From: an uncultured Sphaerobacteraceae bacterium
Lineage (GTDB): Bacteria > Chloroflexota > Chloroflexia > Thermomicrobiales > UBA6265
Assembly (NCBI GenBank): GCA_964461025.1
Contig: CAYWSE010000014.1
Coordinates: 1,094 to 65,093, forward strand
Length of the DNA stretch: 64,000 nucleotides
Direction: 5' to 3'
Part shown: piece after piece, positions 1 to 8,487 of the stretch
How positions within the stretch are numbered: position 1 is the stretch's first letter
Layout of the letters: the number at the start of each line of letters is the position of its first letter
The notes under the pieces: generated by a model
What the model was told of the DNA's origin: nothing
What the model saw: only the letters and a program-made list of their open reading frames with translations
The model's database searches: none
Translations under genes and position numbers: made by a program

Positions 1-23
1 GCGATTGCTCCCATCGAACTCGG

Positions 24-1187
24 CTACCAGTTGGTGTACGAGCCGTCCCGACGTCGCCAGCGGGGCGGCTCCCAGTTTTCGAATGCGTAGTGCCTTGCTG
101 CGTTCTCGTCGAACGTGACACCGAGCCCGGGTTCGGTCGGAATGGGGAATGAGGCGCCCTCGAGAACAGGCATCGTCGGGAAGAGATCGGTCGGATAGCT
201 TTCCGCCAGCCGGTGCTGGTATTCGAGGTAGGAGAAGTTCGCCGTGGCGATGCCGTAGTGAATCGATGCGGCGGTCGTGACGGGACCAAGCGGATTGTGC
301 GGCATCATGTCGATGTAGTGCGCTTCACACATCGCCGCGACCTTTTTCGCCGCCGTCAATCCACCGACATTGGACAGATCGACCCTCGCGAAGTTGGTCA
401 GTCCTTCCTCGATGAACGGTACAAACGCGAACGGGCTGGCAAATTCCTCACCGATCGCGAACGGAATCGGCGTCATCGCCCGCAATTGCTGATAAGCCTT
501 CGGGCTCTCGCTGCGAATCGGCTCCTCCAGGAAGAAGAGATTGAGATCGGCGATCTGCTGGCAGAAGTAAGCGGCCTCGGCGACGCTCAACCGGTGATGG
601 AAATCGATAGAAAGCTCGATGCCGTTGCCTACCGCTTTGCGCACCTCTCGCAACCAGTGCGTGGCGAGTTCGATCGATTCAAGTGGTTCGTAGACCGACT
701 TGCCGGTAATGCTGTCTGTTTCTGCCTCGTTCATGCCAGTGGTGAAGCGCAGCACCCGCCAGCCCTTCTCGACAAAAGCGAGCGATTGGTCGATGACCTC
801 CGGTCCGTTCAAGCAACCCGGGGTGGCGAAGCAGGGGCAGACTTGCCGGTTTTCACCGCCAAGCAATTGATACACAGGCACACCAAGACTCTGACCGAGA
901 ATGTCCCAGAGGGCGATATCGATGGCGGATAGCGCCGCGGAGAGAATGTTGCCTCCTTCGAAGTAACCGGTACGGTAGCAGGTCTGCCAGATATGCTCGA
1001 TGCGTCGCGGGTCTTCGCCGATCAGCCAGTGCGAGAGGTGCTCGACCATGCCGGCCATCGCCAGCTCACGGCCGGAAATGCCGCCTTCACCGACGCCGCT
1101 CAGCCCCTCGTCGGTTTCGATCTTGACGATGAACTGGTTGCGAAAACCAACCTTGACCGGAAACGATTTCACCGCTGTGATCTTCAC
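24..1187 (-). CDS. Enolase-superfamily acid-sugar dehydratase (D-galactonate/D-mannonate dehydratase-like; mandelate racemase/muconate lactonizing enzyme family)
   Basis: ORF 24..1403(-). KITAVKSFPVKVGFRNQFIVKIETDEGLSGVGEGG, LSAIDIALWDILGQSLGVPVYQLLGG, ELSIDFHHRL and LFFLEEP are typical of this family. Start placed at in-frame GTG 1187 (gives MKITAVK, GGAGAG about 9 nt upstream). ATG 1229 is the alternative and would overlap the upstream stop. Confidence 0.85.
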   Translation of the reverse strand: MKITAVKSFPVKVGFRNQFIVKIETDEGLSGVGEGGISGRELAMAGMVEHLSHWLIGEDPRRIEHIWQTCYRTGYFEGGNILSAALSAIDIALWDILGQSLGVPVYQLLGGENRQVCPCFATPGCLNGPEVIDQSLAFVEKGWRVLRFTTGMNEAETDSITGKSVYEPLESIELATHWLREVRKAVGNGIELSIDFHHRLSVAEAAYFCQQIADLNLFFLEEPIRSESPKAYQQLRAMTPIPFAIGEEFASPFAFVPFIEEGLTNFARVDLSNVGGLTAAKKVAAMCEAHYIDMMPHNPLGPVTTAASIHYGIATANFSYLEYQHRLAESYPTDLFPTMPVLEGASFPIPTEPGLGVTFDENAARHYAFENWEPPRWRRRDGSYTNW

Positions 1188-1209
1188 TGCCGTTCGCTCT
1201 CCATTCTGC

Positions 1210-3351
1210 TCAACCTGCTGGTTCGCCATCGAGCGACCAGACCGACCACTCGCTGAACAACGTATCGACGCCTGCCTGCACATTCTCAGGGAAAGTGCCG
1301 CTGGCGATCCAGATGTCGCCGGGCTGCGGTGACCCAGGCGCCGCAAATGCGGCGACGAACTCGCCATTGATCGCCAGATACCCCGTCCCATCGACGACCG
1401 CAAGCTCGATCACATTGCCGCGGGCCGGTCCGAGCTGAACGCTGCTCGCTTCTCCGGAGACGGTCGGTCGCGCTGTCCCCTGAGCAGCGGACCAGGTGCC
1501 GTCCGACGCGACCACGACTCGGATTTGATCGTCGCCTCCTTCATGCCAGAAGCCGATCAGCACATCCCAGGGGTGATCCGGATCGTCGGGCGAGGCGGGA
1601 TTCGTAAAGCGGACCGACGTGTAGAAGTTCTCGACGGAAACCCCGGCGCTTTCGATGTCGATCGATCCAACGCTCTGACTCACTTCGCCCGAAGCCGGTC
1701 CGAACACGGCCTCTGTTCCCTCTACCTGCGCGCGGATATCGTCGAGCACCGCCTCGCCATCGACCTCAGCCACTGGTGAGACTTCCGGGGTTGCGGTGGG
1801 AATGACGGCCGTGGCAACGTCCGGCAGTAGCTGTGGTGTTGCCGTCGCCGGCTCCGTCTCGGCAGTCGCCTGACTGGCGTTGGCATCGGCTGGGGTCGCG
1901 GTAGCCGTCGATTGCTCCTGTGCCGTTTGCTCGGCGCCGATTTGTGGTTGGGATGTCGTTCCGCCAATCGGCCAGACGGTGAAATCGGTGTAGGGCGTCA
2001 GTGCCCCCTGGGTGGCGTGATCGAAGAAAAAACCACTCCCAGCCCAGATATCGCCAGAGTCCTGCAACGCCGTCAGGTCGAGCATCGCGACATACTCGTC
2101 GTTGATGAGCAAATAGCCTGCCGCTCCGTCGGCGAGGAACTCGATGGTGTTCGACCCTCCTTCGGAGAGATCGAGATTGTTGATGGCGCCCGTGGCACGG
2201 GGGAACTCGGCGGCGATAGCCAGACTCCAGGTGCCATCAGAGCGGACAATGATCCGCCAGTGCTGGCCATCGGCCGTTTGCCGGAATCCGAGACCGACGT
2301 CCCAACGTCCTTCCGCCGTGCCAGTGGGATTGGCGAAGGTGATGACGGTGCGGAAGTTGGAAACCGCTACGCCCGCATACTGGGCGTCCAATGACCCGCC
2401 AACAACCTGCTCGATCGTCCCATCCGCAGGCCCGAAGATCGGCTGGGCGTTGGCAGTGGCGCTGCGCAGCTCGTTGATCGGCGCCAGAATCGCGGAGCGA
2501 TCGATCGTCGGTGTGGGTTCGATCGTTGGTTCCTGCGTCGGTGAAGGAGAGGGAGACGGCGTCGGTGACGGCGATGGCGTATGGGTCGGCGCCGTTGTGG
2601 GTGATGCGGCGACGGTTGGCTGGGGCGTCTGGGTTGGAGCGAGCGCGTTGGGTACGGAAACCGCCAGGTTGTCGAAATCGACAGATACGCGGCCCGAGCT
2701 GATGGTGTAGACGCCGCCACCCAGATCGAGATGCCCTTCCGTGAAATCGGGATCCTCGACCGTCACGACATCGAGACCATTGACCCGACCGGTGATGGTC
2801 GTTCCTTCACACGTGAGCTCGATCCGCGCGGTTCCTTCGAAAAACCCACCGTTGTTGAACGAACCGTTGGCGATTTGCTCGCCTGCGCCTCCGGAAAGCT
2901 TGCGGATGATCACCGATGACGAAAGAGGCCGAAACTCCATCCGGTATCCCCCCACAGCATTTTCGGTTCGGCAAGTGAGAAAGATGTAACGGCCGGGTTG
3001 ATCGGCGATCACGCTGGCAAGCGCGGCGTCGATCGCCACGGTGACGTCGGTGTAAACGTCGCCGAATGGAACCGCCAGGGCTCCCTGAAAGTCAGGGGCC
3101 AGGGCATCGATATCGAAAAAGCCCGCGTCGTATTCGACGCTGATATCGTCGTCATCGGTTTCGAATGGCGGAATCACGCCATTTTCCGGATCGTCGAAAT
3201 CGTCGGTCAGCACCAGCGTTTCGGACGAACGGCTGGTGGAGGGGCGAGGCTGGATGTCATCGAGCTGGGCGGTGGCGATGCCATGCAGGGAAAGCACGCC
3301 GGTCAGCAACGCTGCCAGCAGGAGCGCAAAGCGGGGGATGCGCAAGGTCAT
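1210..3351 (-). CDS. Secreted multi-domain protein of unknown function (signal peptide, jelly-roll/LamG-like N-terminal module, two tandem paralogous ~170-aa modules, Pro/Thr/Ser-rich linkers)
   Basis: ORF 1210..3480(-). Start moved to ATG 3351, giving MTLRIPRFALLLAALLTGVLSLHGIATAQ (signal peptide). Linkers PTQTPQPTVAASPTTAPTHTPSPSPTPSPSPSPTQEPTIEPTPT and QSTATATPADANASQATAETEPATATP separate the modules. Modules 2 and 3 align (FGPADGTIEQVVGGSLDAQYAGVAVSNF vs FGPASGEVSQSVGSIDIESAGVSVENF; IIVRSDGTWS vs VVVASDGTWS). Confidence 0.7.
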   Translation of the reverse strand: MTLRIPRFALLLAALLTGVLSLHGIATAQLDDIQPRPSTSRSSETLVLTDDFDDPENGVIPPFETDDDDISVEYDAGFFDIDALAPDFQGALAVPFGDVYTDVTVAIDAALASVIADQPGRYIFLTCRTENAVGGYRMEFRPLSSSVIIRKLSGGAGEQIANGSFNNGGFFEGTARIELTCEGTTITGRVNGLDVVTVEDPDFTEGHLDLGGGVYTISSGRVSVDFDNLAVSVPNALAPTQTPQPTVAASPTTAPTHTPSPSPTPSPSPSPTQEPTIEPTPTIDRSAILAPINELRSATANAQPIFGPADGTIEQVVGGSLDAQYAGVAVSNFRTVITFANPTGTAEGRWDVGLGFRQTADGQHWRIIVRSDGTWSLAIAAEFPRATGAINNLDLSEGGSNTIEFLADGAAGYLLINDEYVAMLDLTALQDSGDIWAGSGFFFDHATQGALTPYTDFTVWPIGGTTSQPQIGAEQTAQEQSTATATPADANASQATAETEPATATPQLLPDVATAVIPTATPEVSPVAEVDGEAVLDDIRAQVEGTEAVFGPASGEVSQSVGSIDIESAGVSVENFYTSVRFTNPASPDDPDHPWDVLIGFWHEGGDDQIRVVVASDGTWSAAQGTARPTVSGEASSVQLGPARGNVIELAVVDGTGYLAINGEFVAAFAAPGSPQPGDIWIASGTFPENVQAGVDTLFSEWSVWSLDGEPAG

Positions 3352-3480
3352 ATCATTCTCCTCGAAATCGAGTTGGGACGGCTGCGCGGATCGCGTTGCT
3401 GCAACAGCGCGAAACGCTCGTCGCACTGACCATACACAGAAGCGGGAAGCCGGACAAGGCCGATTCTCAGCCAATTCCAA

Positions 3481-4680
3481 GTGGTGATTGCCTTCGTGGT
3501 CGACAATTCAACTGCCTCGAACAAAGGAAACCCGGCGCTGATTCGGATCATCGAGCAGGAAATCGATGCGCAGGGCGGATCGATTTCCTATTCCCGGTTC
3601 ATGGAACTCGCGCTCTATCATCCCAGATATGGCTACTACATGAGTCCCGATCGCCGGCCGGGACGCGGAGGCGATTTCATCACGTCTCCTGAGGCATCGC
3701 CCCTCTTTGGTCATGCGCTCGCCCGGCAGATGGTGGAGTTCTGGGAGCGGCTCGGACGACCCGCCGAATGGACGATTCGCGAGTACGGGGCAGGGATCGG
3801 CGGGCTGGCATACGACATTCTGGCCGGGCTCGATCTCGAATCGCCCGTCGCGTTCGATGCCCTGACGTACCGGCTGGCGGAGCTCAATCCGGCGATGCGC
3901 GAAGAGGCGATGGAGTCGATGCAGGAGGCTGGGCTGGCGAAAAAGGTGTTCGCCGAGGCTCCGGGCGAAGACCTCCCGGCGATCGAGGGCGTCGTGCTGG
4001 CGAACGAGGTTGCCGACGCCTTTCCGGCGATGCGCATCCTCCGTGATGCCGCAGGCTGGCATGAAGCCCATGTTGCCATTGGCGCTGATGGTTTCGAGTG
4101 GGTCGATCGACCTCTGTCGGCTGTTGGTGACGCGGTGCTCAGGGAGCTTGCTGCTGAAGACGTCGACCTGCCCGAGGGCGCGGTCGTTGATGCGATACCT
4201 GCCGCGTCGGACTGGTTCGCGGAGGTCGTTTCGAAGCTGCATCGCGGGTATGCGATGGTCGTCGACTACGGATACCCGGCGCGCGAGCTCTATTGCGATC
4301 ACCGCCTGGGCGGAACGATTCGTGGTTATCAGGGCCACACCGTTACCGACGATCCGCTCATCCGGGTTGGCGAACAGGACCTCACTGCCCACGTCGATTT
4401 CACCGCGTTGCAACGAGCGGGCGAACGACAGGGGATGCATCTGGAGGGTTTCACGACCCAGGGAGCGATGCTGAGCAGTCTCGATCTGGGACGGGCGCTT
4501 ACCGACTTGCAAGCTGATCCGGAAACGACGATGCAGGAGTATCTGGCAACGCAGGCCGTCATCTTGCGACTGATCGATCCGGGCGGACTGGGACGGTTCG
4601 GGGTACTGGTGATGCGCAAAGGGTTTGACGCGGCGCTGACGCCGCTCCGGATGTTTCGGGATGCGCCGCCGAGCTTCTGA
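3481..4680 (+). CDS. Class I SAM-dependent methyltransferase, MidA/NDUFAF7 (DUF185) family
   Basis: GTG start at 3481. FMELALYHPRYGYYM, GDFITSPEASPLFGHALARQ and REYGAGIGGLAYDIL match the family. Exact start uncertain. Confidence 0.8.
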   Translation: MVIAFVVDNSTASNKGNPALIRIIEQEIDAQGGSISYSRFMELALYHPRYGYYMSPDRRPGRGGDFITSPEASPLFGHALARQMVEFWERLGRPAEWTIREYGAGIGGLAYDILAGLDLESPVAFDALTYRLAELNPAMREEAMESMQEAGLAKKVFAEAPGEDLPAIEGVVLANEVADAFPAMRILRDAAGWHEAHVAIGADGFEWVDRPLSAVGDAVLRELAAEDVDLPEGAVVDAIPAASDWFAEVVSKLHRGYAMVVDYGYPARELYCDHRLGGTIRGYQGHTVTDDPLIRVGEQDLTAHVDFTALQRAGERQGMHLEGFTTQGAMLSSLDLGRALTDLQADPETTMQEYLATQAVILRLIDPGGLGRFGVLVMRKGFDAALTPLRMFRDAPPSF

Positions 4681-4685
4681 GCCAC

Positions 4686-4715
4686 CATGCCGCGCGCCGG
4701 CACGAGCGCGGCATG
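4686..4715 (+). terminator. Perfect 10-bp stem hairpin just after the methyltransferase stop (possible terminator, no U-tract)
   Basis: catgccgcgc (4686-4695) / loop gccggcacga / gcgcggcatg (4706-4715), 6 nt after the TGA at 4678-4680. Followed by aaagagg, not a T-run. Confidence 0.4.
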
Positions 4716-4725
4716 AAAGAGGACC

Positions 4726-4852
4726 TGTCATGCTGAGCGGAACGGAGCGCAGTCGAAGCATCTCCCGCCGCAGCGGGAAGCGACCGGCATTGTCGTCTCG
4801 CGCGTACTGCCGAACCTGAACGAGAGATTCTTCACTTCGTTCAGAATGACAG
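4726..4852. repeat. Inverted pair of an interspersed intergenic repeat unit (GTCATKCTGAGCG...GAAGMATCTC family)
   Basis: Left unit tgtcatgctgagcggaacggagcgcagtcgaagcatctcccgccgcagcgggaagcg (4726-4782). Right unit gagagattcttcacttcgttcagaatgaca (4822-4851) is the reverse complement of the same core. Further copies at 8161-8262. Confidence 0.75.
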
Positions 4853-4932
4853 GTTAATGTCGGCGTTGGCACATACGTTTTCTCGGCAGCGGGTATGATC
4901 GTGCTGCATTCCCGGCGAGCAGGAGTAGCGGA

Positions 4933-5382
4933 GTGACGATGAGCGGCGACCGAACACCAACGCGACTCTTTCTGGCGTCAGATCGTATCTGGCCGGGCAC
5001 GATCAACGAGGACTATCCCGGCGCCCGCTTCGTGACGCGCTGCCGGATCGCCTCGGATGACGTCGCGGTCGCGCCGGCATTCGCGAACGTTCCTACTGAT
5101 GCGATCTGGGGCGTGCTGATCGAAACCACAACTGTCCCCGGGTCTGCGCGGGCGGTTACGGTGATCGACGACTTTGGAGTCAGCATCGAAGCGACGATTT
5201 CGGGCGAACCTCTCCTGAGTGGCGACCCGGAATCGCTCTTTATGGCCTCGCGCTACTGGGAGCTGCACCCGGATTTCATCCAGAAGTTGCGGGAAGTCCT
5301 GCGATCGAATGGGCTGGAAACCGCCGACGACGAACCTCGTGATGATGGCGCATTGAGCGCGCAAACCCCGGTTTCTCCATAA
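4933..5382 (+). CDS. Hypothetical protein (weak resemblance to gamma-glutamylcyclotransferase/AIG2-like fold)
   Basis: 149-aa ORF in an otherwise unassigned gap. AIWGVLIE and SRYWELHPDFIQKL are only weakly reminiscent of GGCT-like proteins. Confidence 0.5.
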   Translation: MTMSGDRTPTRLFLASDRIWPGTINEDYPGARFVTRCRIASDDVAVAPAFANVPTDAIWGVLIETTTVPGSARAVTVIDDFGVSIEATISGEPLLSGDPESLFMASRYWELHPDFIQKLREVLRSNGLETADDEPRDDGALSAQTPVSP

Positions 5383-5388
5383 CCCACC

Positions 5389-7692
5389 TTGCCGGCGAGG
5401 GTATTATTGCCTTCATCGCAGCCACAGGGGTTGCCGATTCGAGGTATTTCCGTGCCCATCAGATACTCCCGCCGAATTTTCTCGATACTCCTCGCGCTCA
5501 TGCTTCTCCTGCCCACGGCTTCAGTTTCCGCGGAGGATGGAGAGAGCGAAGTCGAGGCTGCGCAGTCATCGCCGGGTGCGGAGGCTCCGGTTGGCTGGTT
5601 GCGGGTCGTGGCGGTGACCTGCGAAGTGGCCGATGGGTCATCGTCGGTCGCGGTCTATCTTTCGTCTGAGTTCTCTCCCGGCGCATCCTGCTATGACGGC
5701 TATGCGGGTGTCTGGATCGATGGCATCGACTATGGCGCCGCGGCTCCCGTTCTCGAGCTGCAGCTGGAAGCTGCCTCCTATTCGCTGATGGAGCCCGTGA
5801 GCGGCGCCAGCCGGGTTGTCGATGTGTATGCCGACTCGTTGACAGCCGCGTACATCGTCACGACGGTCGTCGTCGCTCAGGAAGAGGAAGCCGCAGCGGC
5901 GCAAGAGGTGGCCTCGACCGACCTTGCCGTGCAGATGCACGTCTGCGATCCGGGAATTCAGGATACCGATGCGCTGCTGGCGCTCGGTGGCCGAACGGCG
6001 CGATTGTCGAAATGCCCGGTTCTGACCCTTCCTGGCTTCTACGCGCCGGATGGATCGGTCACTGCAGGGCAGGCATGGTTCGACGTCGCCGTGTCTGGCG
6101 ATTCGGGATTCTCCGCGGCGCTCTCCAATGGCGCGTTCGTGCCGGATGCTGTTTGCGAGTCATCGCTCGGCGTTCAGCTCTCGACCAATCCGTACGACGA
6201 TGCCTGCTTCAGCACGTCGAGTCTCGTGCTGGAGGCGCCGCAGGAGAACCTGACGATGACCGTCACCGCGTTGCCGGAGCTACACCGATTCGGCTACGCG
6301 GAAACAGGCGACGATCTTACCCCGGTCTGGGTCATCGATCAGGCCAGCGGCATGTTCGGCGCTGACCTGACCTCCTCGGCCGATGGAGGCATCGTCCACG
6401 TCTATCTCTTCGCTCCGCCCCGTTTGACGATCGTGCAGCATCTCTGTGGCCCCGAGATTTCGTCGCTGGCGTCGTTCCAGGCGGTCGACGGATTCCTGCC
6501 TCGCACGACGTCCTGTCCGTCGGTGACACGCGAGAGCTTTGGTTTCGACGCGACGATCGCCGATGGCTGGGGTGTTTCCCATGCCCTTTCCAACGTCGTC
6601 CCGGTCACGCTCGCCAGCTGCGAAGCCGATCTTGGCTTCGACATCAACGGCGTGGGGAACGACAACGCCTGTCTGGAATTCGCCGCCTATCCCATTATCA
6701 AGGTGGAACGGGGAGCGGTGGAGGTATATCCCTCGTTCCCGGCCGGATACGCGCTGGCCGGTGTCGACTTCACTCCAGGTACGAGTGACGCCGCGACCCT
6801 CTTGAGCGTCAATCTCGAACAACCACAAATCGCACTCGACACGACCTATGACGGCAATGTCGTGCTCCACCTCTATGCCTTCCAACCGGCCGCGGCGCCT
6901 CCACAGCCGTCCGCGACCGCGACTGCCACTGCGACAGCGACTATTGCCCCAATCGCCACGGTGACGCCAACTGTGCCATCGACTGGTGGCACGGGCACGC
7001 TGCAAGTCGTCGCGCTCTACTGTCTCGGTTCGCAGAATCAGACGACTCTCACCGCTCTGCCTCCCGGCCAGCAGGCCGGTCAGTCACTGATCGGCGGTCA
7101 GTGCTTCGGAGGCGACGCCCAGGTCCAGATTACGTTTGCCGGTCAAAGCGCCGGACAAACGACACTGCTGGGCAGGGACGGGGTCGCCTGGTTCGAGAAC
7201 GCGCCCGTGGGGAGTTCGCATCGCATCACCGATCTGGTGTCCGGAAAGGCGACCACATTCTCGGTGCAGGCGGGCGCCGTCACTCGCGTCGTGTTGCGCA
7301 TCGATGCCGCGCTTGGCGCCTCGTCCGCCGGTTCGAGTGCGGAGAGCGGTCAGGGGAATGGCACGACCACTGTTAATCCGCTCGATCTGCTCGGCTTGCT
7401 GGTGACCGACGTGCTGGTCACGGACGTTCTGAACATCGCCGATGCCGGCGAAATGTCGGCCGGCAGTTACGACGCGAACGCCTATACCGTCGATCTGCTC
7501 GGTGGGCTGGCGGTCGATCAGCTTGCCAACATTACCGCCGATGGCTTGCCTGCGGTCGGCAATGGCGAGCGAGCGGCGTCATCCGGGAACAATGCAGCCT
7601 GGATAGCGATGCTGGCGGCAGCGGTCGTGCTTGGTTTTGCCGGTTGGCATACGCGGATCATCGGGCGGTTCCGTGGTCTATCGCGCGACTGA
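5389..7692 (+). CDS. Large secreted, C-terminally anchored repeat protein of unknown function
   Basis: Alternative start GTG 5452 lies directly before the signal peptide IRYSRRIFSILLALMLLLPTASVSAED. Four modules open with L-x-V-x4-C (LRVVAVTCEV, LAVQMHVCDPG, LTIVQHLCGPE, LQVVALYCLG). The C-terminus is LPAVGNG, then the hydrophobic helix AWIAMLAAAVVLGFAGW, then the basic tail RIIGRFRGLSRD. Confidence 0.7.
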   Translation: MPARVLLPSSQPQGLPIRGISVPIRYSRRIFSILLALMLLLPTASVSAEDGESEVEAAQSSPGAEAPVGWLRVVAVTCEVADGSSSVAVYLSSEFSPGASCYDGYAGVWIDGIDYGAAAPVLELQLEAASYSLMEPVSGASRVVDVYADSLTAAYIVTTVVVAQEEEAAAAQEVASTDLAVQMHVCDPGIQDTDALLALGGRTARLSKCPVLTLPGFYAPDGSVTAGQAWFDVAVSGDSGFSAALSNGAFVPDAVCESSLGVQLSTNPYDDACFSTSSLVLEAPQENLTMTVTALPELHRFGYAETGDDLTPVWVIDQASGMFGADLTSSADGGIVHVYLFAPPRLTIVQHLCGPEISSLASFQAVDGFLPRTTSCPSVTRESFGFDATIADGWGVSHALSNVVPVTLASCEADLGFDINGVGNDNACLEFAAYPIIKVERGAVEVYPSFPAGYALAGVDFTPGTSDAATLLSVNLEQPQIALDTTYDGNVVLHLYAFQPAAAPPQPSATATATATATIAPIATVTPTVPSTGGTGTLQVVALYCLGSQNQTTLTALPPGQQAGQSLIGGQCFGGDAQVQITFAGQSAGQTTLLGRDGVAWFENAPVGSSHRITDLVSGKATTFSVQAGAVTRVVLRIDAALGASSAGSSAESGQGNGTTTVNPLDLLGLLVTDVLVTDVLNIADAGEMSAGSYDANAYTVDLLGGLAVDQLANITADGLPAVGNGERAASSGNNAAWIAMLAAAVVLGFAGWHTRIIGRFRGLSRD

Positions 7693-7711
7693 GGAAGTTG
7701 TCCGGCGCGTG

Positions 7712-8131
7712 ATGCCGCTGCTCGAGCATCTGGCCGACCGAACGATCGATAAAGCGCGTCTCCTGCAATACCTCTCCGCCCGTACTGGCGTAACCTGGGG
7801 CGTGCTCGAATTCCTGGGCGAAGAACCCGCCGTCGATGAACGTGGCGAGCCGGCCACCGCGCTGACCTTCCGCGACATCGGAACCGGTGTCGAGTCGACG
7901 GTGCTCTATCCGCGCTGTCTCGACCGCTCTCTCGATGAGCTGGTGCAGGCGGAGTATCGACGGCTCGCCGTTGCGAAGCCGCTGACGATCATGGACCCGG
8001 CGCTCTTCGACGCGCTCTTCCAGGAAAGTCATTGCTCCCAGTGTCGCTGGCAGGGTGCTGGCAACGAGCAAATTCACCACGAGTGTCATTACGCCGGGCA
8101 TCCGGTCAATTTCGAACCCTGGCCGCTGTGA
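7712..8131 (+). CDS. Hypothetical protein
   Basis: ORF 7631..8131 trimmed to ATG 7712 (GTG 7709 also possible) to avoid overlap with the upstream gene. Cys/His-rich C-terminus CSQCRWQGAGNEQIHHECHYAGHP. No family recognised. Confidence 0.5.
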   Translation: MPLLEHLADRTIDKARLLQYLSARTGVTWGVLEFLGEEPAVDERGEPATALTFRDIGTGVESTVLYPRCLDRSLDELVQAEYRRLAVAKPLTIMDPALFDALFQESHCSQCRWQGAGNEQIHHECHYAGHPVNFEPWPL

Positions 8132-8160
8132 ATCAATCGATCCCAACGTGACCAATCTCC

Positions 8161-8262
8161 AGTCATTCTGAGCAGAACGCCCAACGTTCATCGCCCTGTT
8201 GACCCCCCGTTAGCATGTCATTCTGAGCGCCAGCGAAGAATCTCCCGCCGCAGCGGAAGGCG
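8161..8262. repeat. Two direct copies (one partial) of the GTCATTCTGAGCG...GCGAAGAATCTC repeat family
   Basis: agtcattctgagcagaacgc (8161-8180) and tgtcattctgagcgccagcgaagaatctcccgccgcagcggaaggcg (8216-8262). The latter matches 4726-4782 apart from an internal indel. Confidence 0.75.
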
Positions 8263-8487
8263 TCCCAGAGAGCCGTTCGGGGAAAAGACGATGCTGCCGG
8301 TGGACGCGATTGTGGCTCAGCTGTACGGCGCTTCACTGCGTTCGCGCCGTTTCGCTTCGCCACCGGTGGGCACAGGGCGCCACCGCTACGCTGAGCCCCG
8401 GACTTCGGACTCACGACCTCCGAACCGGCGCGATGCTACACTGCCGGATCGCTGAGTTGACGTCGTTTTGAGTTTCAGAGGATCACC

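Noticed and set aside
3508-4872. 454-aa ORF on the minus strand
   Set aside because: It is antisense to the well-supported MidA-family methyltransferase. Its N-terminal part is the translation of the intergenic repeat (…HSERSEESL…). Its Arg/Pro-rich composition is typical of spurious antisense ORFs in high-GC DNA.
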